Source: Octopus vulgaris
Taxonomy: Eukaryota
DNA: 64,000 bases
NCBI GenBank assembly: GCA_951406725.2
Contig: OX597828.1
Span: 67,704,001 to 67,768,000, forward strand
Direction: 5' to 3'
Shown here: one piece after another, positions 27,541-39,590 of the stretch
How positions within the stretch are numbered: position 1 is the first letter of the stretch
How the letters are laid out: the number at the start of each line of letters is the position of its first letter
Notes under the pieces: generated by a model
Seen by the model: the letters and a program-made list of their open reading frames with translations, nothing else
What the model was told of the DNA's origin: nothing
Database searches by the model: none
Program-made: the position numbers and the translations under genes

Positions 27541-27718
27541 TTTCTGTGTGAGATAGAGGTTGAGAAACCAACTAAGGGATATCACCTATCCAACATACTA
27601 CAGGTATTGTACCCAATTATTCATAGCCAAGTGCTAGTTATTGCATGGCATTCTTCCAATTGAGTATTATATATGGGTAGGGGTAAACGATTGGTTTACC
27701 CTTGATTTATACGGCAAA

Positions 27719-27959
27719 TAAGAAAACAGAGAGCATATAAAATCGACAGACATCAGCCGATAAACATTCCAGTATGTCTGTTTATTCAGATGTACTCGAC
27801 GAATACACACACATGTATAAGGAACTATACCTGCACACCCATTTAGCTTTTTGCCAATTTGCTCATTTGCTCAATTGTTTCTATATGCTTATATGTATTC
27901 ACACCCTTGTTTATGCAGTTACCAGTTTTTTCCAATCGCTAATCTATACCATTCATACA

Positions 27960-28005
<46 letters not shown>

Positions 28006-28087
28006 CATCTAATACATTTGAATAAATAGAGATACTGGAATGTTTACCGGCTGATGTCTGTCGATTTTATATCCTCTCTGTTTTCTT
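27719..28087. repeat. Inverted pair: ~56-bp near-identical arms, extending to ~85 bp more loosely
   Basis: 27719-27775 is the reverse complement of 28032-28087 with 2 mismatches. Confidence 0.8.
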
Positions 28088-28093
28088 GTTTGC

Positions 28094-28146
<53 letters not shown>

Positions 28147-28314
28147 CAAAATTAGAAAATGGAGAAACATACTTAAATCAATCAAACATCAACCATCAGA
28201 TGATACCCAATCAATACTTTATTATATATATATATACATACATATGTTTGTGTGTGTGTATGATAATAAAAAATAGTTTCATTTGACTGACTAAATAAAT
28301 TTAGTAACTAAAAT

Positions 28315-28728
28315 AGGCGTAGGAGTGGCTGTGTGGTAAGTAGCTTGCTTACGAATCACGTGGTTCCGGGTTCGGTCTTACTGCGTGGCACCTTGTGCAA
28401 GTGTCTTCTATTATAGCCTCGGGCCGACCAAAGCCTTGTGAGTGGATTTGGTAGACGGTACCTGAAAGAAGCCCGTCGTATATATGTATATGTATGTGTG
28501 TGTGTGTGTATTTGTGCGTCTGTGTTTGTCCCCCCAACATCGCTTGACAACCGATGCTGGTGTGTTTACGTCTACGTAACTTAGCGGTTCGGCAAAAGAA
28601 GCCGATAGAATAAGTACTAGGCTTACAAAGAATAAGTCCTGGGGTTGATTTGCTCGACTAAAGGCGGTGCTCCAGCATGGCCACGGTCAAATGACTGAAA
28701 CAAGTAAAAGAGTAAAAGAGTAAAGAGT
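28315..28728 (+). mobile_element. SINE family A, full length
   Basis: A box tggctgtgtgg, B box ggttcggtct, internal TA/TG tract, (gtaaaaga)n tail. Further copies at 30332-30754, 51020-51430, 53958-54401 and 57480-57835. Confidence 0.9.
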
Positions 28729-29408
28729 TAAATAATATCTATTATAGTATTGTATAGTTTATGAACTGTATTCTTATTACAACAATGTCGTTTGTTACTT
28801 CTGAAAGTATTCATACAGCTTGGATATTGTTGTATCGCACGTTCGACGTACGATATAACGAAATAATAATAATGTCCTCGCAAATCGCTCTACTCCAGAT
28901 ACTGGTAATAACCCTCGACAATACGCAACTCTCGGCTTTACACTGCTCTGCACGCTCTCTGCGTGTGTCCATTTATATTGTGGCACAGTTCATTAGGAGC
29001 CAACCAATAGGGATGTTCTATTTCCACACAGCAGATATGCACCATATGTAGTCGGTCATTTTGTAAATAACAATATAGATTAGTTCATCGAGAACTGTGC
29101 ATGTTGCCTGTTTGGTTTGTATTGATTTCTGTTGATTCACTAAATTCTCCCTTCCATGGTGTGCGAATAACAATCATTATTTAAGTAACTTCAAATCTGG
29201 TTACCCCTAAAAAATTGGTAAATTTGATTTCCATTGCTGTAGCCTAATATATAAAATTTTATGTATTGATTAAGTCTTTCCTTGTTTGTTTTGCAAAATA
29301 GTGGTTTTGTCTCTAATTAATATTATATAATATTTTACTATAAAATTGGATTTAATCCTAAATCTGATTTTTTTCCCTGTAAATTTGGATTTATTCCCTA
29401 ATATTTAT

Positions 29409-29439
<31 letters not shown>

Positions 29440-29445
29440 GTATAT

Positions 29446-29509
<64 letters not shown>

Positions 29510-29645
29510 TCATAAGTTCAGCAAAATTTAGATTCAGATGAATGTGGTACTTAAGTTAAAGGCACCAGAATTTTTTATGGTATTATCCATATAAATCAAA
29601 TGGGGTGATTATAATCAAAATAAGCAACAAGATATCCAAGGTAGA

Positions 29646-29731
29646 GTAGTACAATTGTTTCATGCTACTTCATTTTATTAAACACTGTAAGTATTACATC
29701 AGTTTTAAAATGTCGAGCAATCTTCAGCCAC
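29646..29731 (-). ncRNA. Type I hammerhead ribozyme motif (canonical core)
   Basis: GTGG-CTGAAGA-TTGCT...AGCAT-GAAAC-AATT-GTA-CTAC. A truncated relative lies at about 26762-26810. Confidence 0.65.
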
Positions 29732-29748
29732 ATATAGAATTTTTTAAT

Positions 29749-29799
<51 letters not shown>

Positions 29800-29833
29800 A
29801 CACAAGAAAAAAGCAATAAGAATGGATTAGTTG

Positions 29834-29922
29834 TTCAGTACAATTGTTTCATACGAAGAACAGATTTATTAAAAGCTGCAAATATTGCAGCAAATACAAG
29901 TGTCCCGTATTCATCAGCCAAA
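29834..29922 (-). ncRNA. Type I hammerhead ribozyme motif (canonical core)
   Basis: TTTGG-CTGATGA-ATACG...(GCTGCAA tat TTGCAGC)...CGTAT-GAAAC-AATT-GTA-CTGAA. Confidence 0.7.
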
Positions 29923-30290
29923 ACACATATGAGTTTTCCAAACATCCTAGGGGGTAAGGCTACACTCATGAAGTATCGAAGAGAGTTCTATGAAAAGCAA
30001 AGTTAGATTGTAAGCAGACTTAAAATGTTTTCTAATGATGCACAGTTTTATAAAAGGTTTTTAAAAAAGATTGTTAGCTTCACAGAAAAGGTAAATCCAT
30101 CCATAATAAAGCAGGTGTGATTTCCGGAGATATGAGGAGAGATTTTATTCTCAGAGAAGATGAATGTATCCATATTAATGCAGATGTAAATTTCCTGATA
30201 TATGAGGAGAAGATGTTGATCACACATCTATTTGTTTCACAAAACTACGTTGTTGGAAGAAGAGATTGGCTATCTCTTCATCCAACAAAG

Positions 30291-30334
<44 letters not shown>

Positions 30335-30751
30335 TCTTTCTCTCTTTCTCTTTTACTTGTTTCAGTCATTTGACTGTGGCCATGCTGGAGCACCGCCTTT
30401 AATCGAGTAACTCGACCCCGGGACTTATTCTTTTGTAAGCCCAGTACTTATTCTATCGGTCTCTTTTGCCGAACCGCTAAGTGACAGGGACGTAAACACA
30501 CCAGCATCGGTTGTCAAGCAATGCCTGGGGGACAAACACAGACACACAAACATACACACACACATATATATATATATATATACATATATACGACAGGCTT
30601 CTTTCAGTTTCCGTCTACCAAATCCACTCACAAGGCATTGGTCGGCCCGGGGCTATAGCAGAAGACACTTGCCCAAGATGCCACGCAGTGAGACTGAACC
30701 CGGAACCATGTGGTTGGTTAGCAAGCTACTTACCACACAGCCACTCCTGCG

Positions 30752-30793
<42 letters not shown>

Positions 30794-30797
30794 TATA

Positions 30798-33587
30798 TTG
30801 CTTTTCGCAGGAAGGAATTTTTCATTCGAAGTATACGTCTCGCTTTTATCCTTCGAAACGTTTAGTAGATGAAACTTTAGCGACTGAAGAAGGGGATTTT
30901 TCGTTGTGCTTATTGTCCTGTATCTCCCTTTTTTTGCCTGTCTTGTTCCTTGGTTTGTGTCTATGTTTTTCGTCTCTCTATGTGTTCGACGTCTTTTTGG
31001 TGTCCTGTACACATATATGCGTGTATATGTACATGTAGAGGTAGGTACGTACATATATGTTTATATATATGCATATATTTTATTAACATATTATACGACT
31101 AAACGCACGCACCCTATTAAGTAAGATTGTTCTGTTTATCAAGTTCGCCTTGATATTAACTCTCACGCGACTCTGCATCTTTCTTTCTTTCTCTCCCATT
31201 CCCTTTTTCGTCTTTTTTTCCCTCACTTAACTTGTCTCTTCCTCTCTCTCTCCCCCTCACTGTTCTTCATGGTCTCCTCGCACCATTCCCCTTCTTCTCT
31301 CTCTTCCTCTTGCTCCTCCTCCCCCATTCCCGTCGTCCATCTGCGACGTTACTTCCATCGTAATTGCTATCCTGTCCTTTCTCGCCCGCCTTCTAAGGCC
31401 ACTGGTCGACATCTTCCTCTCTCGTCGTCCACTATAATCCAGCGTTTGCAATACTTTTTTCGTCTGGCGTTAACAGCCCTTCTTATCTTCTTCTCCTTGT
31501 CCTGTCTCTCACTGTTATATATTTATTTTTCCACTGTTTATATATATATTTTTTACTGTTTATATGTTTGTACTGTCGTTACCGTCTTGCTTTTTTTACC
31601 CCTCTGCGAAAAGATCTCAGAATTTTAATTGATTTGCTTTTCGCAGGAAGGAATTTTTCATTCGAAGTATACGTCTCGCTTTTATCCTTCGAAACGTTTA
31701 GTAGATGAAACTTTAGCGACTGAAGAAGGGGATTTTTCGTTGTGCTTATTGTCCTGTATCTCCTTTTTTTTGCCTGTCTTGTTCCTTGGTTTGTGTCTAT
31801 GTTTTTCGTCTCTCTATGTGTTCGACGTCTTTTTGGTGTCCTGTACACATATATGCGTGTATATGTACATGTAGAGGTAGGTACGTACATATATGTTTAT
31901 ATATATGCATATATTTTATTAACATATTATACGACTAAACGCACGCACCCTATTAAGTAAGATTGTTCTGTTTATCAAGTTCGCCTTGATATTAACTCTC
32001 ACGCGACTCTGCATCTTTCTTTCTTTCTCTCCCATTCCCTTTTTCGTCTTTTTTCCCTCACTTAACTTGTCTCTTCCTCTCTCTCTCCCCCTCACTGTTC
32101 TTCATGGTCTCCTCGCACCATTCCCCTTCTTCTCTCTCTTCTCTTGCTCCTCCTCCCCCATTCCCGTCGTCCATCTGCGACGATACTTCCATCGTAATTG
32201 CTATCCTGTCCTTTCTCGCCCGCCTTCTAAGGCTACTGGTCGACATCTTCCTCTCTCGTCGTCCACTATAATCCAGCGTTTGCAATACTTTTTTCGTCTG
32301 GCGTTAACAGCCCTTCTTATCTTGTTCTCCTTGTCCTGTCTCTCACTGTTATATATTTATTTTTCCACTGTTTATATATATATTTTTTACTGTTTATATG
32401 TTTGTACTGTCGTTACCGTCTTGCTTTTTTTACCCCTCTGCGAAAAGATCTCAGAATTTTAATTGATTTGCTTTTCGCAGGAAGGAATTTTTCATTCGAA
32501 GTATACGTCTCGCTTTTATCCTTCGAAACGTTTAGTAGATGAAACTTTAGCGACTGAAGAAGGGGATTTTTCGTTGTGCTTATTGTCCTGTATCTCCTTT
32601 TTTTGCCTGTCTTGTTCCTTGGTTTGTGTCTATGTTTTTCGTCTCTCTATGTGTTCGACGTCTTTTTGGTGTCCTGTACACATATATGCGTGTATATGTA
32701 CATGTAGAGGTAGGTACGTACATATATGTTTATATATATGCATATATTTTATTAACATATTATACGACTAAACGCACGCACCCTATTAAGTAAGATTGTT
32801 CTGTTTATCAAGTTCGCCTTGATATTAACTCTCACGCGACTCTGCATCTTTCTTTCTTTCTCTCCCATTCCCTTTTTCGTCTTTTTTCCCTCACTTAACT
32901 TGTCTCTTCCTCTCTCTCTCCCCCTCACTGTTCTTCATGGTCTCCTCGCACCATTCCCCTTCTTCTCTCTCTTCCTCTTGCTCCTCCTCCCCCATTCCCG
33001 TCGTCCATCTGCGACGTTACTTCCGTCGTAACTGCTATCCTGTCCTTTCTCGCCCGCCTTCTAAGGCCACTGGTCGACATCTTCCTCTCTCGTCGTCCAC
33101 TATAATCCAGCGTTTGCAATACTTTTTTCGTCTGGCGTTAACAGCCCTTCTTATCTTCTTCTCCTTGTCCTGTCTCTCACTGTTATATATTTATTTTTCC
33201 ACTGTTTATATATATATTTTTTACTGTTTATATGTTTGTACTGTCGTTACCGTCTTGCTTTTTTTACCCCTCTGCGAAAAGATCTCAGAATTTTAATTGA
33301 TTTGCTTTTCGCAGGAAGGAATTTTTCATTCGAAGTATACGTCTCGCTTTTATCCTTCGAAACGTTTAGTAGATGAAACTTTAGCGACTGAAGAAGGGGA
33401 TTTTTCGTTGTGCTTATTGTCCTGTATCTCCTTTTTTTGCCTGTCTTGTTCCTTGGTTTGTGTCTATGTTTTTCGTCTCTCTATGTGTTCGACGTCTTTT
33501 TGGTGTCCTGTACACATATATGCGTGTATATGTACATGTAGAGGTAGGTACGTACATATATGTTTATATATATGCATATATTTTATT

Positions 33588-33593
<6 letters not shown>
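30798..33593 (+). repeat. Tandem array, 834-836 bp unit, about 3.35 copies
   Basis: tgcttttcgcaggaagg recurs at 30799, 31635, 32469 and 33303. Copies are nearly identical; both ends abut (TA)n. Confidence 0.95.
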
Positions 33594-33640
<47 letters not shown>

Positions 33641-33751
33641 GTGTGATCCACATCTTCTCCTCATATATCAGGAAATTTACATCTACATTAATTTGGATAC
33701 ATTCATCTTCTCTGAGAATAAAATCTCTCCTCATATATATATATATATATA

Positions 33752-34150
33752 TATGAAAAAACAAGTCAAGATAGAAAATGCTAAAATAATTTTATAAAGA
33801 ACATTTCAGTAGCGATTTCGGTCATTTTGAGACCTTTTCAACTGTAACGATTAAATAATTAAATTTAGAAAAATTAAACAAAAGTTTTTTTAAAGGAATA
33901 TTTGTATAGTGTTCAAATATAAGTGGCATTTTCCTTGTTTCTGCCTTTCTCTGTCTCTCTTGTTTGCACTTGTGTGTTGGAGGTCGTTGCGAATTCTTGG
34001 TAGGGTAGAAGAAGAAGAAGAAGGATGATGAGGAGAAGGAGTGGGAAAATTTGGGAGTGCCTTGATTGTCGTATTTTGAATGGTCAGTGGCGGCTAGCAT
34101 TTGCAGTTCAATTCAGGAGAATATTTCTATTGAAAGGTTTGTTTATAGAA
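33752..34150 (-). mobile_element. Penelope-like element 3' end with degenerate UUGAAAA hammerhead (33804-33847)
   Basis: Minus-strand KYSPELN resembles the GIY-YIG ORF C-terminus. It is followed by the same terminal sequence as 35201-35430. Confidence 0.55.
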
Positions 34151-34559
34151 TTTGTGTATGTGTTATACTAAAAAGCATTAGTGATAAAGTTAAGAGGTAG
34201 AAGGTGGAGCAGAAGAAGAAGAAGAAGAAGAAGAAGAAGAAGAAGAAGAAGAAGAAGAAGAAGAAGAAGGAGGAGAAGAAGAAGAAGAAGAAGAAGAAGA
34301 AGAAGAAGGAGAAGGAGAAGAAGAAGAAGGAGAAGGAGAAGGAGAAGAAGAAGAAGATGATGATGATGATGATGATGGTGATGATAATGACGACGATGAT
34401 GATGATAATTATGAAGTAGAAGAGGAAGAAGAAGAAGAAAGAGAAGGGAGAATATGAATGAGTGGAAGTAGTGAGGTGTTGTATGACTTGAAGTTGGCAC
34501 GTTATAGGTTATAGCTGTGATTGGGGCTGATTTGTAATGGATTCTTTGGAATGTAATAT

Positions 34560-34622
<63 letters not shown>

Positions 34623-35110
34623 TGTGTATATGTCTGTGTTTGTCCCCCAACCACCACCATCGCTTGACAACTGATGCTGGTGTGTTTATGTCCCTGTAAC
34701 TTAGCGGTTCGGCACAAGATACCGATAAAATGAGTTCTGACCTTACAAAGAATAAATCCTGGGGTCGATTTCTTCGACTAAAACCCTTTAAGACGGCGGC
34801 ACTCTAGCATAACCGCAGTCAAATGACTGAAACAAGTAAAAGAATAAAATAAAATAAAAATATATTTATGTAGATATAAAGACTTAAGCGTACATGCTTT
34901 TATATACACGTATACATCACTGTCGACCCAGTTACGCCCCATAACTTAATGGTTCGGCAAAAGACCCTTTTAGAATATATTCAGGAATTTAAAATTAAGT
35001 GCTGGGTGGGCCACGCTCCAATGGAAAAGAATAAAAGAATGGAGATATGTTTGTGTGAGTACGTATGTATACATGAGTGCAAATATATGCTTACATGAGT
35101 GTAAGACGCT

Positions 35111-35200
<90 letters not shown>

Positions 35201-35207
<7 letters not shown>

Positions 35208-35678
35208 AAACAAGTCAAAAATAGAAAATGCTAAGATAATTTTATAGTGAATCTTTCAGTACCGGTTTCGGTCATTTTGAGACCTTTTCAACTGTAACGA
35301 TTAAATAATTAAATTTAGAAAAATTAGAAGAAAAGTTTTTTTAAAAGGATATTTCTATAGTAGTGTTCAGATATAAGTAGCATTCTGCCTTTCTCTGACT
35401 CCCTTGTTTGCACCTGTGTGTTCGAGGTCGAACACACAAGTGCAAACACGACCTCGAACACACAAGTGCAAACAAGGGAGTCAGAGAAAGGCAGAATGCT
35501 ACTTATATCTGAACACTACTATAGAAATATTCTTTTAAAAAAACTTTTCTTCTAATTTTTCTAAATTTAATTATTTAATCGTTACAGTTGAAAAGGTCTC
35601 AAAATGACCGAAACCGGTACTGAAAGATTCACTATAAAATTATCTTAGCATTTTCTATTTTTGACTTGTTTTTTCATA
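35201..35678. mobile_element. ~230-bp inverted repeat of a Penelope-terminus family; each arm carries a hammerhead
   Basis: Arms 35201-35430 and 35449-35678. The 18-nt spacer duplicates adjacent arm sequence. Hammerheads at 35254-35297(-) and 35582-35625(+). Confidence 0.85.
35582..35625 (+). ncRNA. Minimal type I hammerhead with U3-A8 core variant
   Basis: CAG-TTGAAAA-GGTC tcaaaat GACC-GAAAC-CG-GTA-CTG. Palindromic ACCGGT stem III. Confidence 0.65.
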
Positions 35679-35711
35679 TATATCAACTCGTGTGTTCCTT
35701 TCCACCCTTAT

Positions 35712-35795
<84 letters not shown>

Positions 35796-35897
35796 TCTGG
35801 GTGAGTACTTGATAATTGCAAGCACCTGTATATACCGTTTGGTGGTGTAGATGGTGGAGTAAATTAATCAAAATAAAAACATGATGCCAAGGATTCA

Positions 35898-35975
35898 GCG
35901 GTACATATGTTTCGGGCCTTTATTAGACGGATTTATAACAATGCATAATGTGTGTCTATGGCCTTCTTCAGCCGC
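35898..35975 (-). ncRNA. Type I hammerhead ribozyme motif (canonical core)
   Basis: GCGG-CTGAAGA-A GGCC.TAGAC...GTCTA..GGCC C-GAAAC-ATAT-GTA-CCGC. Palindromic ACATATGT. Confidence 0.72.
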
Positions 35976-36188
35976 GCACAACTACTACCTCAAGGACATG
36001 TATTACATCAGAAATTCTACGTTGGGGATGCAAATCCTCTCATTCGCGTACGACATAATGCGGCAACAGCATAAAAATGAAGCGTCCATCTCGTCCTTCT
36101 CTCAATGGGTAAGCACATAAATGCGAAACAAGGTGGGAAAAATAGTACTCGAATACTATAAGTAGAGTAATATGTTTAATAAAATACA

Positions 36189-36300
36189 GCAAAAATATCA
36201 CAAAAACTATTACTCAGAGTTTTACGTTCCCGTTCGTCGAACAGTCCGACGAACGGGAACGTGAAACTCTGAGTAACAACAGTTTTTGTGATATTTTTGC
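36189..36300. repeat. ~52-bp inverted repeat with 7-nt spacer; right arm carries a degenerate hammerhead
   Basis: CCGACGA-ACG GGAA CGT-GAAAC-TCTGA-GTA at 36246-36275. Confidence 0.7.
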
Positions 36301-36314
36301 TGCCTTCTAATAAA

Positions 36315-36368
<54 letters not shown>

Positions 36369-36416
36369 CCAAGTACAACGAGGGAGAATAATATGACATT
36401 TGAATCAAGGAGGACA

Positions 36417-36504
36417 TCATCCTGATGAAGGGGATATTGCATAAATGGATTATATAATTTTTTAACCTTGATCGGTAATGAACTCCTGAAACGGCCGTAT
36501 ATGG
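36417..36504 (+). ncRNA. Type I hammerhead motif with long stem II insertion
   Basis: CATC-CTGATGA-AGGGG...CTCCT-GAAAC-GGCC-GTA-TATG. First pair of stem I is mismatched. Confidence 0.6.
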
Positions 36505-36821
36505 GACATCCTCCAATTTTGGATCCTTTAATTTTTGCGTTTTCGACCTCGAAATTTAGCCATCACTTGTTTTAGAATTCTGACCTCGAACATTTTTTAT
36601 CGCGTATTTTCTATCTTATTATTTATGTATATAAGTGATTTTTAGACGATTCAGGCAGTTTGTCAGTTTAAAACTGACGTTTTTATTCCTATATTTATCA
36701 ACCTCTCATTCGTTTTGCACCTCTCGTATTTATATGTAATTTTATATGCATTTATACGTATTTTTATATATTTTTATATGCCTTCTATATCTTTCTGTAT
36801 GTTTGGTTTTATATTCTGTAT

Positions 36822-36869
<48 letters not shown>

Positions 36870-36905
36870 ATGTGTGTGTGTGAGAGAGATAGAGAGAGAG
36901 AGAGA

Positions 36906-36961
<56 letters not shown>

Positions 36962-37464
36962 ATGCGTGCGTGCGTATGATTTAAGTATGTATCTGTGTGG
37001 AAAAGATAGAGGCTCCATTACGGAGAGAAACAGTAAACAAGCCAACTGGTACTAAACACTCTCACGCAAGAATGGCTGAAAAAATTGTGACGAACCACAA
37101 ACCATTTCACTGAGCAGAAAGACAACAACAGCAAAAGTAGAAGCCGATATATGGAGATGTGTGTCAATGTGTCTTCTTAGTGTTACTAACCGGAGATGAG
37201 TGTAATCTGTGTATAAAATGGGAGTCCAAAAGTGGAGAAGCTAATTTTCTGACTGCGGCTGATGATGTGTCACAAGATTTGCGTCAGAGAACTTTCAGTT
37301 ACTCTTTCTGCTTCTGTACTGCCTTTGTTTTTACTTGGCTTTGAGGATCTTCAATTTTTTTTTCGTAGTACAATAAATATATGGACGAGATTGTGCGTCT
37401 GTTTATATGTACACTCACACACACACACACATATATATATATACATACACACACACATATACGG

Positions 37465-37513
<49 letters not shown>

Positions 37514-38129
37514 TCGCCATGATAGATCGTTAGCCACTACACATTTTTCTCTCCTTGTTTTTTCTGTGTCCCTTTTTGTAGAAGAGCGTAGGCTCGAAAC
37601 GTAAAAGACTTTTTCTATTCCCGAGCGTTATACTAATACATCTGTTTGTTTTGTACACCACCTGTCTTCGTCTTTTGATTTTTGCGTAAACTCTCCCTAT
37701 ATATACATATATATACATAACTTAATGTCGAACGAATGAACGGTGCTCAGTATGTGTTGTAGCGGATATAAGTTCTTTCGTGGAACTGAAGCTGTGAGTT
37801 TGTCTTGCGATTAGAATTTCTTAACAGGGAAATCTCTCCGCTTCAATCTGTGTGCGCGCGCGCGCGACGTTGAAGACAAAGAAATTATGCGGTAATTGGC
37901 ATAAACTCACACACGGACCCAAGCTAACCTCCGACACACAGACGAGCTCTTTGTGCTTTTCTAGTGCTACTATAATATGTTTAATGTATATGCTTGCATA
38001 CATGTATGTATGTATGGATGGGTGGATGGATGGATGGATGGATGGATGGATGGATGGATGGATGGATGGAGTCCAAATTTCCGGAAAGCAAAAGATGAAG
38101 ACAGGTGAAGGAACAACAATCAGGTATAT

Positions 38130-38725
38130 AAATTTGAAGCTCAGGCAGAATGCATCCGTCCAATCGCGTTTTCCATTGTTCGAAGCAGTCCTGGAACTCT
38201 TGCGAAGTGATGCCTTTTAACACCTCCGCCGTTTTTTCCCTTCATCTCTTCCACATCTGCAAATTCCGTAGCACCAGCTTTCATCACCAGTGATGAGCTT
38301 CGGAAATAAAAAAAAGTTCCGGATCAACTTCCAACTGTTCTTTCAGTTCATGAAACGCTTCCATTCGTGACTACTTTTGATCTTCCGTGAGCGAGCGGGG
38401 CACAATTTTTACTACAACACTTTTCATTCGCAATTCCTCGCTCAAAATTCGTTGACTGGAGCTCCAAGAACACATCAATCATATCAAGTTCGTCAGGTGG
38501 TGGATGGTCGTCCTGAACGAGGCCGGTCTTCAAGCAGCAACTGACCATTCATAAAGAGTGAAAACCACTCGTAAACTTGTGTCTTGCTGATGGCAGCGTC
38601 CCTCTAAGCTGTTTGAGGCATGGCAACTATTTCGGCCGCCTTTTCACGGAAGCACGGCTGAAAACAGAATTTCACGGCAACATGCTATTCCTTCGATTCA
38701 GCCATCGCAAAAGTCGACAAACAGG
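38130..38725 (-). pseudogene. Internally deleted mariner transposase remnant
   Basis: KTQVYEWF..LEDRPRSGRPST, LITGDESWCYG joined directly to [22 protein letters not shown]. Contains stops and frameshifts. Confidence 0.85.
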
Positions 38726-38731
38726 GATATA

Positions 38732-39284
38732 TAGGGTCAGGCAAAATGATCTGACACATTTGTAGGTTAAATAAAAGGCAAATGAAGTAAAGAAACAAAA
38801 AAGTGTTTTTATTTTTGAAAAGTACATATAATGCCATTTTGTTTCATTATGTTTTAAAAATTAAATCAGTCAAATGGGATCCATTATTGTCCACACACTG
38901 TCGAAGGCGTTCACGAAAGTTGTCAATAACTCGGCGGGTCATTTCATGTGGAATGGCAGTAATTTCTTGACGAATTGCATCTTTAAGTTCTGGCGGTGCG
39001 AGGTCGGCCGGTTGATTTTCGTTTCAATGCAGATCCAGTAGCTCTGAAGTTGGTAACCCATAACAAGATCGTGTTTCGAGCTGGTACAGGATCATATCTA
39101 CCAAGATTGAAGTGCAAACGGAACGCTCTTTGTGTTGCAGTTACAGAATCGTTTGTTTTGATAAACGTTTCCACAATGAAAGCGCGATGCTCACCAGTCC
39201 AATTCATGGCAGCAACTGAAAAAGAAACGAAAAACAATGCCTTTTATTTAACCTACAAATGTGTCAGATCATTTTGCCTGACCC

Positions 39285-39286
<2 letters not shown>
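38732..39286 (-). mobile_element. 555-bp non-autonomous Tc1/mariner-superfamily derivative
   Basis: ~48-bp TIRs (c/t)agggtcaggcaaaatgatctgacacatttgtaggttaaataaaaggca, TA flanks. Transposase N-terminus (EHRAFIVETF..RKSTGRPRTART) fused to its C-terminus (ELKDAIRQEI..CVDNNGSHL). Confidence 0.9.
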
Positions 39287-39315
<29 letters not shown>

Positions 39316-39590
39316 AGAGAGAGAGAGAGAGGGAGGAGTGGTTGTGTGGTAAGAAGCTTGCTTCCAAACCACATGGTTCTGGGTTCAGTTGCACTGCGTG
39401 GGAGCATGGCTGCAGTCTGAAACAAGTAAAAGAATCAAAGAATATATATAGACAAGCACACAGATGTCAGCACGTATGTATATATGTATATATATATGTA
39501 TACATGTATATACGTATGTTTTCGTATGTATGTAAACGTAAGCCTCTCTAGCCAGTCTAGTCGTTCATTACGTCGATGATTCCTATTCAC

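Noticed and set aside
30798-33593. Canonical hammerhead, CRISPR array or protein-coding repeats in the 834-bp array
   Set aside because: GAAAC precedes CTGAAGA and stem I cannot be paired; units are identical with no unique spacers; ORFs are not conserved in the 4.5-5.1 kb copy.
37085-37345. Mariner remnant (LLTGDE); also an isolated mariner-like TIR at about 1471-1500
   Set aside because: Too degraded to delimit or classify.
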